This document shows, one piece after another, positions 1 through 10,041 of a DNA stretch of 15,869 bases (within the stretch, counting starts at the first letter, position 1; every line of letters starts with the position of its first letter). The notes under the pieces were generated by a model that saw nothing but the letters and a program-made list of their open reading frames with translations, searched no databases and had not been told where the DNA came from. The translations under genes and the position numbers were made by a program. This DNA comes from Amoeboradix gromovi X-113. Lineage: Eukaryota; Fungi; Sanchytriomycota. The stretch spans positions 1 through 15,869 of the forward strand of contig JADGIF010000174.1 in assembly GCA_018985225.1 (NCBI GenBank), given 5' to 3'.

Positions 1-217
1 GTTGTTTTTGAATGGTCGCAACTCTAATGAACTTTGAGTTCTTTTCATTTCGCATATTCTGATGCGGAAAAATTGCTCCAAGTCGTAGATCTGCAAAGTG
101 TTTATTGGTGACAAAATACCAGTACCAATAAAAAGAAGTCCTATGATACTGAGAGTTGTTTATTTTTTGTCTTCTTCACTTTCACGCCAACGGTTTAAAG
201 GGCTCCTTGAAATTGCA

Positions 218-1417
218 ATGTTGCATCCCAGTGATTTGTGCGTTGTTACTGGTGATTCCGAACATGAATGTGGCTATTGTAAAGAAATTAGTACTTCAAT
301 TGGAATGTGGTCATATAAATTGTCGGCATCGAGCTACTTAAGTCTAATTGATTTTGGTTGGCGAAGATCAGGTCAATATGTCTACCATCCAAACAAGGAT
401 ACTTGCTGTCCTCAGTATGCTATAAGAATGGATTTGTATAGCTTTTACCCTTCAAAACAAATCCGCCGTGCCCTAAACCATTTCAACTTTAGCTCTCTCT
501 TTAAAATTGATAAACCTCTAAGTCGTAAAAACGGCAAAGTAGTAAGATCGCCAAACACTGGAATAGATAACTTGCGTTTAAAGACTGAGGTTAATACCAA
601 TTTCTACATTCCTCAGCCTTGTTTAAATTCGCAAGCCAATTCAAATAAGAAGTTGGTGTTTAATTTAGAATATGAGCTTTTTCGCATTCCATTTCTTAAA
701 ATTGTACTTGCGCCATCTGAATTCGATCAAGATACGTTCTTGCTGTATCAAAATTACCAAATCAGGGTTCATCACGATGATCCCGATGAAGTAACAGCTG
801 ACAAGTACACCCGCTTTTTAGTAAATCATCCATTTCCTTTTAATGAGCCGTTTACAGCATTAATAGATAACGTTAGATTTAGCAACAAGGGATATGGATT
901 TTATCATTTAAAGATTTATGTCCTCGATGAACTAAAAGCCGTTTCGTTTGTTGATATTTTACCAAGTTGCATTTCATCAGTTTACAGCATATACTCTGAT
1001 GATTCTTATGAATGGGGTAAAATTACAGCTTGCTACGAAATATATATAGGAAGGCAGTTAAGTCTCTCTCTACCCAAATTAAAATATTTTTATTTGGGAT
1101 TTTATATCGACAATTGTACCAAGATGAAGTACAAAAGTATATTTAAGCCATGCTACCTGTTAGATCCTATCCAATATGTCTTTGTACCATTTAATGAAGC
1201 CATTTGCTTATTGAGAAAATCCCGGAAATATACGAAACTGGTATTAAAAAAATTGCATGAGCCTATATTTATGGACTTGAAAAGTGCTCGGATATTGATC
1301 AGAAATTCTGTTTATACGTTGTCTCAACTAGATCGCAATACAAAAGTGTACCAAGACATTGAAATGACAGTTCAAAGGTTGCCGAACATCAACCTCTTAT
1401 TCTTAGTAAATACTTAG
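218..1417 (+). CDS. ATE1: Arginyl-tRNA--protein transferase 1 (N-degron pathway arginyltransferase)
   Basis: The N-domain motifs CGYCK, FGWRRSGQYVYHP and TCCPQYAIR are present. So are the C-domain motifs LYQNYQIRVHHD, AVSFVDILPSCISSVY and YFYLGFYIDNCTKMKYK. The eukaryotic start is taken as ATG 218 (MLHPSD...), not the GTG at 98 in the ORF track. Confidence 0.93.
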   Translation: MLHPSDLCVVTGDSEHECGYCKEISTSIGMWSYKLSASSYLSLIDFGWRRSGQYVYHPNKDTCCPQYAIRMDLYSFYPSKQIRRALNHFNFSSLFKIDKPLSRKNGKVVRSPNTGIDNLRLKTEVNTNFYIPQPCLNSQANSNKKLVFNLEYELFRIPFLKIVLAPSEFDQDTFLLYQNYQIRVHHDDPDEVTADKYTRFLVNHPFPFNEPFTALIDNVRFSNKGYGFYHLKIYVLDELKAVSFVDILPSCISSVYSIYSDDSYEWGKITACYEIYIGRQLSLSLPKLKYFYLGFYIDNCTKMKYKSIFKPCYLLDPIQYVFVPFNEAICLLRKSRKYTKLVLKKLHEPIFMDLKSARILIRNSVYTLSQLDRNTKVYQDIEMTVQRLPNINLLFLVNT

Positions 1418-2497
1418 GCTTCAGTTAAGTCAGGTACTTCGTGATTTCGTCACAGTATCTGCTTAGTTGCCGCAAGTGTGAGTACAAGTAAATTTAAATT
1501 CTTTTATTCATTAAAATTTAACGGAAAATTCAGTTGTGTTGGGATTGATAACGAAATAGAGTAAGCTTCAGGTCTTCTGGTCGAAACGAGTTAAAGCATC
1601 TCATTTAAGCAAAAGGTCGTTTTCTAAGCGTAATTGTTTCTAGTTCAGTTAATGTCCAATACATTAGAATTACTCATTTGCTTGCATTTTCACAACGTTA
1701 AGATGTACCGTATTTAACAATTGATCGCAAAGTATATTCCTATCTTTTAACTCACAAACTATTCCTTTCTTGAAAAAATTAATACTATATTAAAAGGCGA
1801 AACTCAATCTGTACTCTTTAATTTCATGGTCTATTTTCTTGAATATAAAGGGCTTCATTTTTGTTATTTAAATTCGAAAATAAGTAATTATCCGTTCTAT
1901 TGGTTGGTACAGATGTCAAGTTTTGACCATGCATAGATTAAAGTAGGAAGGAATATGGCCGCTATATCCTGTTCTTCATTGAAGCAGGTCCCGAAGTTCC
2001 AATGTAGAGAAAGAGGAAATATATTGATGGAATGTGTATAGGCAATTACTAATCAAAAGCGCAGTGTCTAAACCTTTAAAGAAAACCGATTTGGTGACAC
2101 ACATATGCAAAAACTATCACTTGGAAGTATATAGAGATCAGAAGCAAATACCTAAATGCTTGCCTATTCAATACAAGTTTAGCGTAGTAGAAGCATGAGC
2201 AACTACTTTAATGTAGCGACGAGATTTTTCAGTTTCTCTATGGAGGTTCTCCATTTTCTCATTTTTCAGGAGTCTCAAGGAAGTAATTGTATTAAATCTT
2301 TACCAAAAACTTAAAAATAGTGATTTGCCACTTTGTACTAAATCGAACAGAGTGTTTGATTATTCTTCATCTAACTACTTAAATCAATCCGGATTCATCA
2401 AACCTCGTTCTGCAATGGGCTAACACGTTTATTTCGTATCACGCGAGTTGCATCGTCTTACTGACCCCTTTCTGTAGAAACATTAATCTGAACATAA

Positions 2498-4969
2498 ATG
2501 CTTCTGGTGTACATATTGTTTGCAAAGCTTAAAGTGCAAACGCAGTTACTGCAAGGATATGGTAGCTCTAATATCCCCACAGTATTTGATACTTACACTG
2601 GTGTCCGTGTTGTATTTACACCAGATGAGAAGTATATTGGAAATTCATTTGTATTTCAACCGATTGAGAGTGACATGGACATAATTATGGATGTTGGTCG
2701 CCAGAAATTGGAGAATATCACTTTGCTTGCAAATCAAAATTACACACTCACTTTTAACCCTAGCAGGCGAATTTCTTTTCTAGTGAGGACCTACAGTTTA
2801 TCCATGATGGACTCATATTATTATACAACAGACAGATATCTGCTGCACTTGGATATGGATATTATTCAAAAATTAAAAAACATGGAACCTGCGCAGGTAA
2901 TACAGAGTCATCCAAAGTTCTCACCATTTTTGGCTTCTCAAATTGTTTCTTTCTTCAAGTCTGTCTTCTCTGGTTCCATCTTTACACACGCAGACGATGG
3001 TGAAAACCTTGTAATTTTTAACACCACCAAAACTGAAGTATCAACCCATTTACGCAAACGAGATCATGAATCTTATTATTCTGGTAGAACAATTGAGCTG
3101 CCTTCTTTCTCTCGGTTGTTTAAACGTGACAATTTATTTTACCCTCAGTTATCTGAGTTTTTGGGCAACTCTACAATTTCGAGAGCTGGGATAAAATTGT
3201 CGAAAGTTTTTAGTTTCATATCCAACGCTATGGGAGCAATTGGGTTCTACACCATTAAAATAATACCGTTTTTGAGGGATCTTTTCCATTGGGAACATGT
3301 TGGTTATGTCCAGCATGTTATGAGTCACTTATGTACTATAATAAAAGAAGGCATCCTAGAATCCCTCGATTTTGTAGATATGAAGATATTTGAGCACTAC
3401 GTCAATGAACGTAAGGTAAACTCTGGTAGAATGGAAAAACACCAGATGGAAATACTAGAAAAGGACAATTTCAATACTACAGTGGCGCATAAGGATCGTC
3501 CAGTCAAGCTGAATCCGTACCTAGATGCTCGGTCATCATTTATCGATGATTTGTACATGCAAAATGTAGCTAACGCTAAAATGGATAATAGTACTAAACT
3601 AGATAAGGTAAATAAAGAAGCCGCAAACCTGTCTGTCCAGTTCTTTGAAGAAGTACAAAAGCATGTAAACATGACTTCCACGGGAGTAAAATTCATTTCC
3701 ACTCAGTTTTTAGAGGTTTTTACAAATCCAACACACTCGTCAATGTCAATGACCCAAAAAGTTAGGCATATATGGCTAGTTTTGTCTTCCAAAATAGTGG
3801 ATATAAGTTTAATATTAGTTAGCAAGCTATTTGAGGCGTTGATGGTAATATTTAAAAAATTTATTAACTTGTACTGGACTATTACCCATACCAAACTACA
3901 TATTCCGTTGCTTAGTGATTTTTTATCCAGCGTATTGGGAATCAAGGAACCAACAATGTTATCCGGTTGGTCTTCATTAGGTGCAATGATGTTTACACAT
4001 ACTTTCAAGTTCCATAAAGATAAGTTTCCAATTAATAGGCGCGATATGAACATACTGACGAATGTGAACTCACCGTATCTTATCGTATGGGCTTGGGAAC
4101 ATGATCCAATTGCGGGTCCACCTAGTAAGGACGGTTATTATAAAAAGTCATGCATAATAGATTGGATGATTAAAGCTCTGACAATGTGTGCTAGGCTATT
4201 TGCATATTCTTTAAGTAGAGTAGCTAAAAGGCAAGTTGGTATATTTTTATATCTTCGTCAGAAAGTGGCGATGAACCAACTGGGCAATCTTGAGCAGGTC
4301 AATATTGAGAAGAGTTTTAAAAGAAATATACTGCCATACACTTGGGGAGCTATAAATGTGTTATTTAGCTTCAGCAATTATATGAGTGCTAATTTAAGAT
4401 TTCCGTTTGATTACTTAAAAGAAAATGACCCAGTTCAAATCCGTGAACAAATGAAGAGGCCTGATAGAAAGAGATGGATGTACTGGATGATTAGATATCC
4501 TAGAACTCTATTTTATTTGGCTAGACCATTCCTAGAGGATAGATTTAGGAAAACTAACCCCTTTATGCTGGAGTTGTTTAAATTCTTAGTCAATGGCCTT
4601 CTTAAGCTATTTGTTTTACCTTTTAATATATATCAACTGCATCGTGAAATAGATATTAATGACCATAGAAGATACATATTGTGGTCTCTGACTTCTTCAT
4701 ATTGGATGCTATCAATGTTTGGTGATGTATCTGATGTAGTCTTGGCATATTTTCACAGCGCTTATTATAAAACAAGCGATAAGCTAAATAGCGTGCCTGC
4801 TTTTTTCAAACCACTTGCGATGCCAAATTCAGCCGTAGCCGCTGCAATATCAAACTTTAATGACTACGCTGATTTGGTCTCAAATATATTCTGTTTACTG
4901 CGCTTCCACTCATATATCGGATTTGGTATGAGTGGATGGTATAGCAAAATATTGGATGTAGACTTCTAA
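2498..4969 (+). CDS. Uncharacterised 823-aa protein with a short hydrophobic N-terminus (putative signal peptide), a beta-rich N-part and a helical/hydrophobic C-part
   Basis: Uninterrupted 2.47-kb ATG..TAA ORF in AT-rich DNA. It starts MLLVYILFA and has dibasic KR sites. An AATAAA follows the stop at about 4983. Confidence 0.85.
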   Translation: MLLVYILFAKLKVQTQLLQGYGSSNIPTVFDTYTGVRVVFTPDEKYIGNSFVFQPIESDMDIIMDVGRQKLENITLLANQNYTLTFNPSRRISFLVRTYSLSMMDSYYYTTDRYLLHLDMDIIQKLKNMEPAQVIQSHPKFSPFLASQIVSFFKSVFSGSIFTHADDGENLVIFNTTKTEVSTHLRKRDHESYYSGRTIELPSFSRLFKRDNLFYPQLSEFLGNSTISRAGIKLSKVFSFISNAMGAIGFYTIKIIPFLRDLFHWEHVGYVQHVMSHLCTIIKEGILESLDFVDMKIFEHYVNERKVNSGRMEKHQMEILEKDNFNTTVAHKDRPVKLNPYLDARSSFIDDLYMQNVANAKMDNSTKLDKVNKEAANLSVQFFEEVQKHVNMTSTGVKFISTQFLEVFTNPTHSSMSMTQKVRHIWLVLSSKIVDISLILVSKLFEALMVIFKKFINLYWTITHTKLHIPLLSDFLSSVLGIKEPTMLSGWSSLGAMMFTHTFKFHKDKFPINRRDMNILTNVNSPYLIVWAWEHDPIAGPPSKDGYYKKSCIIDWMIKALTMCARLFAYSLSRVAKRQVGIFLYLRQKVAMNQLGNLEQVNIEKSFKRNILPYTWGAINVLFSFSNYMSANLRFPFDYLKENDPVQIREQMKRPDRKRWMYWMIRYPRTLFYLARPFLEDRFRKTNPFMLELFKFLVNGLLKLFVLPFNIYQLHREIDINDHRRYILWSLTSSYWMLSMFGDVSDVVLAYFHSAYYKTSDKLNSVPAFFKPLAMPNSAVAAAISNFNDYADLVSNIFCLLRFHSYIGFGMSGWYSKILDVDF

Positions 4970-5333
4970 TCTACGAAAAGCAAATAAATTTAATTCAAAT
5001 TCTTTGTAGCATTCTGTGTCTGCAAAATGATACTTTTGAACATTCTTTGTAAAAGGTACACTACGGGTAAAGCGTATGACAATCTCGCAAAGTGCTCCGG
5101 TTATATTAGTGGGGTCATTGTGATGTAGTCGTAGATCGTGATGTGAATGAATGATGCAGAAGTCTTTGGGTAATACTGAAAGTAACTACTTGTTGCCTAA
5201 AGCATAGGTGACGAGATGTGTGATATTTATTTGCAGTTCATATTACTTGTGGTAGTCTATCGAAATATGTCTGCTTTTTCTCGAGTGTCTCACTGGTAGA
5301 CAAATCCATGGATGTTTCATAAAAAATAGTTTA

Positions 5334-6359
5334 TTAATCCTCCCGAGCCACATCAAACCTAAAGGAACCATCTCTCCTTTTCATTTCCTCATCAATACTA
5401 AACTGTTCTGTGGTTACTGGATTAAAGTGCAAAATGCCATCTTTGACGCTAAAATGAGAGAATCCCTTGTTTTCCTCTATTTTGACCCCAAAATAATCAA
5501 ATGTATACTGTCTTTTAGGTGGTTGATAAGTGGGATTGAGTATATTCAACACTATTTCTAACAACATTGGGCACTTTGATGCATTTGGCCGGAAAATATT
5601 GTATACAGAAGGCTGTGGTTCATAATTTTTTACTTTCCAACCATCTTCATTCAATCCATAGTAATGGTTTCTTATAAACAAATCTGTAATTTCGCAAAAT
5701 TTACAAGAATGTGATTTCAAAATAAAAATATCCGAGAACGACTTTTGTTCATCAAGCGTTTTTAATAGGTCATAATAGTTGTATTGCTCTGGAAACCACT
5801 CATTATTTCTGGTTTCCTCAACTTTGTCCATACGAACGTGAAAGTCTAAGATTGCATTTCTAAAGTCCAGTTTCCACAAGTTTTCTATTTCAGTGTACCT
5901 TTCAAACTGATTTTCAATATCAATCTCATAAGCATATACAATGAGTTCTTCCATTGGAAAATGATAATTCTCGGGGTACTTATCTGTGAGAAGTTCCATT
6001 TTTATTCCAGCAAACAATGAGTCAGCCTTAAAATTAAAGTAACCTTCTTTCAAACACCTCAGCATTAGCATTCCTTTAAGATGATCAGGGAAAATTATGA
6101 AATTTCGATTTTTGTCATAGTCAAAGAAGAACCATCCAGCTGCGATACGAGCATCTGGATCAACGCTAACACCTCCATTAGTGGTGTCTGTCCATGTCTC
6201 TTGTCTCCAATTTTTGTGAGCCATTCCATAGCAGTTTGGAATTATTACATCATTCTCGTCAGTGATTTTGTGCATGTAAAAATCAGATTTTTCTGGAGAA
6301 ATCCGAATACTTTCTAAGTCGGTGAGAAAAGCGGTAGCTAAAAGACAAACAATCCACAT
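5334..6359 (-). CDS. Uncharacterised 341-aa protein, putatively secreted
   Basis: 1026-nt ATG..TAA ORF with a hydrophobic N-terminus MWIVCLLATA. No family is recognisable. Confidence 0.8.
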   Translation of the reverse strand: MWIVCLLATAFLTDLESIRISPEKSDFYMHKITDENDVIIPNCYGMAHKNWRQETWTDTTNGGVSVDPDARIAAGWFFFDYDKNRNFIIFPDHLKGMLMLRCLKEGYFNFKADSLFAGIKMELLTDKYPENYHFPMEELIVYAYEIDIENQFERYTEIENLWKLDFRNAILDFHVRMDKVEETRNNEWFPEQYNYYDLLKTLDEQKSFSDIFILKSHSCKFCEITDLFIRNHYYGLNEDGWKVKNYEPQPSVYNIFRPNASKCPMLLEIVLNILNPTYQPPKRQYTFDYFGVKIEENKGFSHFSVKDGILHFNPVTTEQFSIDEEMKRRDGSFRFDVARED

Positions 6360-6410
6360 TGTGGTTTGGAGGAGTTCACCCTATCGAAATGTGAATGCTA
6401 ATAAATAAAT

Positions 6411-8213
6411 TTACTCTAGTATTTCCACTTCAAAGACCTCATTGGTCTTCGTCTTTTTGATACCGCTCTTCAGTGATTTCTTTTTTCTTTTTCTTTCTAT
6501 GGATGCATCATTGTTTCCTTTAATGGCGTCCATTATGGGATCTAAATCATCTCGATTTGTCTTCACATGGATAGGCTCATTGTTAATAAATCCTGCGACG
6601 TGCTGCTTAGGTGTTTGTTTCTTGATGTTGTTTTTATTTCCAATCACATTCTTAAAGATGTTAATATTTCTCATTTTGCCTACCTCTATTCTTCTCCAGT
6701 TATGTGGATCCTGTCTATATGCATCTATACTAGTAAATTTGGCAAATTTGCGCCCATGCGGTGATTTTACCAAATCATTTCTACTTTGGCTAATCATCTC
6801 CATGAGTGCCAATTTTCGTATCATGTCCAAAGAATTCCAACTAGCTTCAATCACCCTACAGCCATATTTATCCGTTGCAAAGTCCTTGGAATTAACGAGT
6901 ATAATGGAATCATATATTCGTAGTTTTGATTCAATGGGTACTAGTGAAGAGTTATATAAACTATCGTAAATATGGGAAGCCGCATTGTTTGTCATGAGTC
7001 TTAAGTGGATTTCTTTAGATAATTCAAACAAACTAACCATTATCTCACTGTCTTTTATATCTATGTTCTTGAATAGGTGTTGCAGCACTAGACTACCTGC
7101 TATTGTGGGAGCCTCACCATTTAATGCAATTATGTTAAAGAACAGGTTGCCGTCTCTTTCCTTGCCAATTTTAATAATATGATCAATCAGCAACATATTA
7201 GATTCTGTTGAATAATGAGATTGGTAATCCAGAAATTTTATAGCAACACTGTAATGTTGAGATTGCAAAACAGACCAGTAAGCACTCATTTCAAGCAGTT
7301 CTAAAAATAATGATTCAACTATGTTGTAGCTTTTATCATTTTCTAGTCTTTGCAACAAATGCTTGACTGAATACATAGCGTTATCGGATTTAGACAAATC
7401 TAACATATTCCCAGCAAATATGAGATCGATTATTTTAGTCAAATTGTCCTTGGATACAGATATTACAAGATTTTCAACCAGTCTACTTGCATTTTGATTG
7501 AAAACCCATTCTTTAAACTTGCTTTCGATTTCAGAACAACATGACGTCATAAATCTATCAGCGATTGCGTTGTTGATATTAAGAATATCTTGAAGCAATG
7601 CGCATAGTTTAGGGTCTTGAGACCATTCAAAGTTGACATTTGCATAAACGGCATCAACGATTTTTTCCAAATCTTCGTTCTGCGTCTTATTTAAAGATTT
7701 CAAGAGCTCACGGAGAATGTGATTGGCAAATGGGTTGCTTATAAAGTCGCTGGTTTTTTCCAACGCCAGAGTAGTAAGTGCATTTGTATGCTTTGTACAT
7801 GCTTTAGAAACTTCAAATTTAGAGTGATTAAGGTTTAAAATAAATCCGAATATCTTAATTATTTTCTCAACTGAGTAAGATGCGAATCTATTGAAGCACA
7901 GCTGTTCCAAATAATCGGGATCAAATAATTGTCTAGCAACCTGCAATATCTGCACAATTGTTGATCTTTCTAGTATCTTTTCAAACATCTTTGAAGACTT
8001 TTTGTCAAGAACTATAGGTAGCAAATCTTTGTTAATGTAATCGTAAATATTGTCAAGTAGAAAATATTTTTCATCTTCCTTATCATCTAGAAACAGGTTT
8101 GAATATGGCTCTTCGTCAAAGTTTTCTAGAATGGCATTAAAGTACGTACAATAACTTGTCATATCTTTGTTCTCGTAAACCGTGATATCAGTTTTTTTTA
8201 CAAATTCATCCAT
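6411..8213 (-). CDS. NOP9: Nucleolar protein 9 (PUF/Pumilio-repeat 18S rRNA maturation factor)
   Basis: Pumilio-like repeats include SSKMFEKILE, FASYSVEKII, FANHILRELL, ASRLVENLV and ASHIYDSL. The Nop9-type C-terminus is FATDKYGCRVIEASW...SPHGRKFAK...AYRQDPHNW, followed by a lysine-rich NLS-like tail. The first ATG is at 8213 (MDEFVKK); the ORF track start at 8255 is a TTG. Confidence 0.82.
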   Translation of the reverse strand: MDEFVKKTDITVYENKDMTSYCTYFNAILENFDEEPYSNLFLDDKEDEKYFLLDNIYDYINKDLLPIVLDKKSSKMFEKILERSTIVQILQVARQLFDPDYLEQLCFNRFASYSVEKIIKIFGFILNLNHSKFEVSKACTKHTNALTTLALEKTSDFISNPFANHILRELLKSLNKTQNEDLEKIVDAVYANVNFEWSQDPKLCALLQDILNINNAIADRFMTSCCSEIESKFKEWVFNQNASRLVENLVISVSKDNLTKIIDLIFAGNMLDLSKSDNAMYSVKHLLQRLENDKSYNIVESLFLELLEMSAYWSVLQSQHYSVAIKFLDYQSHYSTESNMLLIDHIIKIGKERDGNLFFNIIALNGEAPTIAGSLVLQHLFKNIDIKDSEIMVSLFELSKEIHLRLMTNNAASHIYDSLYNSSLVPIESKLRIYDSIILVNSKDFATDKYGCRVIEASWNSLDMIRKLALMEMISQSRNDLVKSPHGRKFAKFTSIDAYRQDPHNWRRIEVGKMRNINIFKNVIGNKNNIKKQTPKQHVAGFINNEPIHVKTNRDDLDPIMDAIKGNNDASIERKRKKKSLKSGIKKTKTNEVFEVEILE

Positions 8214-8318
8214 CCTTGCAATCTCCTTTAAAATTAAATATTTGCTCGTTTGCAATTTTGTGGTTTACTCTTTTCACTACCCGTGTATTTGTATATCTTT
8301 TTTGAACTCAAAATACCA

Positions 8319-9960
8319 TTATTCTATGGAAATTTTTAAGATAGAGCAATTTGATGTCATTGCATATAATACAGTTCCCAACAAGTGGATTTGTCTAATC
8401 TTTTGGAAATCACTGCTAAAGAGTCTCTTCATTGGTTTTCCTTCAAGTGACCATGCGATTATACTTTCTTTTGGATTTTCTATTGTACTTGGAGCTAAGA
8501 AATAGTTGTTTGGATGTACCATAACGTCAAGTATTTTATTTTCATCAGTTTGCCTGTCTGAGAACGTCTTCAACACTTTTTTCTCTTCTATATCTACCCA
8601 TTTTATCTGATTTTTGGATATCGCCAGTATGTTTGTTTCGTTAATAAATTTTACTTTGCTTATCACACTGTGCCTAAGTTAGACTAATTTACGTTATTTT
8701 AAAATCATTAATATTTATTACACTAATCAGTTTCATATCTCTTTCTTTGTATGCCCTAATTGCATAGATAGTGCCAGCGAAGACAATTGTTTCGTTTTTA
8801 ATACTACCTAAACTTATTGATGCTATAGCTTCATTACAAAATGCAGAAGCGGATGGATAGTTTAAGGAAAACACCAGCTTTTGCATTCTAACAGCAGTTT
8901 TACGATTAGAATTTGACAGCGAGGAGACGGATTGAGGTACTTTGAAACACCTAACAGAATTATCACTGGAACAGGAATATATTTTGATTCCATTTTCAAC
9001 GCAAATTAAGTCATTAACTAACCTAGAATGAAACTTCCATACTGCAATACAATTTCCAGCAATATAATCCCATAGTGCAATGTCATATGACATATCGGCA
9101 GTAACCATGAATCTAGTGTTCGAGACAAGTCTTATAATCGTAAACGGCCTAGAATGATAGTTTTTAAATCGGTTTATCAGTTTGTCGTGCTGATATACAA
9201 TGATTTCATTGTTGTCTTTTCTAAACCCTGAAATTATTGCAAAATAAAGATGTCCCTGATAATTGCAAACTTCAAATGACACAGGGTCACCTGTGAATTC
9301 AAATCTAGATTTTAAATGGAACATAACCTGCTTCTTTGTACCATCTGTAGCAATTTGTGGCTCATAGTCCATTTTTGAGTCTACTCGTTGAACTTTATTC
9401 TTTATTTCTTGTTTCTCTGGTAGTAACTTGCTGTTTTTTAATTCATAGACACTGTATAAAACCTGTTTTTTCTGTTTTATGATGATTTTAATGTTTTTGT
9501 TTTGAGACTTATCGTACAAACCGTACTTGACTAAATAAATAACGGCATCTTTGTTTTCAAATAATCCTTGATCTCTTTTTAGATTCAACAATTCAGATAT
9601 CTTGTTTACAACATCCAGCGCTCTATTGATGCCTTGATTTGATAAAATGAATATAATATGATCAAATATCCAGCTGATGACAACATAATATTCCTGAGGC
9701 ATGTCTAATATCACCATTGCAAAGAGCTCTTTCGCTGAAAAGTAAGGAACTCTATCGAACCATCTTAGCTGTACTTTGGTAGATAAAATTTTACAATTTA
9801 AAATGTGAAGCATTAAGAAGTATCTCTGGTCACCATAAGCCCTCCAGAACAAGTCAATCCATGGGTTGTCCAATTTCAAATCTGCAACAGTACTGCAATT
9901 TTCACCCAGGATCTGTGTTAAAGATTTTCTTTTATGATGATAGTTTGCTACGTATGACAT
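8319..9960 (-). CDS. WD40-repeat protein of 540 aa in two exons (9960-8693, 8673-8319)
   Basis: WD repeats are visible (HSRPFTII...MVTADMSYDIALWD; HSRLVNDL...YSCSSDNSVRCFKV; ESIIAWSL). Removing a 19-nt GT-AG intron joins the 423-aa and 115-aa ORFs in frame (KIT-HSVISKVKF). The spliced length is 1623 nt, or 541 codons. Confidence 0.83.
8674..8692 (-). other. 19-nt spliceosomal intron GTAAATTAGTCTAACTTAG
   Basis: It has GT...AG ends and a canonical CTAAC branch site directly abutting the TTAG acceptor. It contains the in-frame stop of the upstream ORF, and its removal restores the frame. Confidence 0.85.
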
Positions 9961-10041
9961 TGTGAAACGCCTGCGCTAATCCGAATATATAAGATTGTTT
10001 ACAATTCATTAATCTATTTAGCTTGATTACGTTCCACTTGA

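Noticed and set aside
98-217. GTG-initiated N-terminal extension of ATE1 in the ORF track
   Set aside because: This is a eukaryotic gene. Homology starts just after ATG 218, and the extension is not ATE1-like.
1406-1417. GTAAATACTTAG at the ATE1 stop looks like the intron consensus (GTAA...ACTTAG)
   Set aside because: It is only 12 nt, shorter than the two supported introns. Removing it would add just a few non-conserved residues, and ATE1 is already complete.
1595-1630. TAAGCAAAAGGT match to the reverse complement of the MITE interior
   Set aside because: The match is only about 12 nt and no TIR lies nearby, so it could be chance in AT-rich DNA.
3397-4053. Minus-strand ORFs of 101 and 116 aa
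   Set aside because: These are antisense shadows of the 823-aa gene.
4990-5320. Short protein-like minus-strand frames between the two secreted-protein genes
   Set aside because: No consistent ATG-to-stop model could be built, with or without short introns.
6081-8505. Plus-strand ORFs (78, 175, 65, 65, 107 aa)
   Set aside because: They are antisense to the 341-aa gene, NOP9 and the WD40 gene, and have no recognisable motifs.
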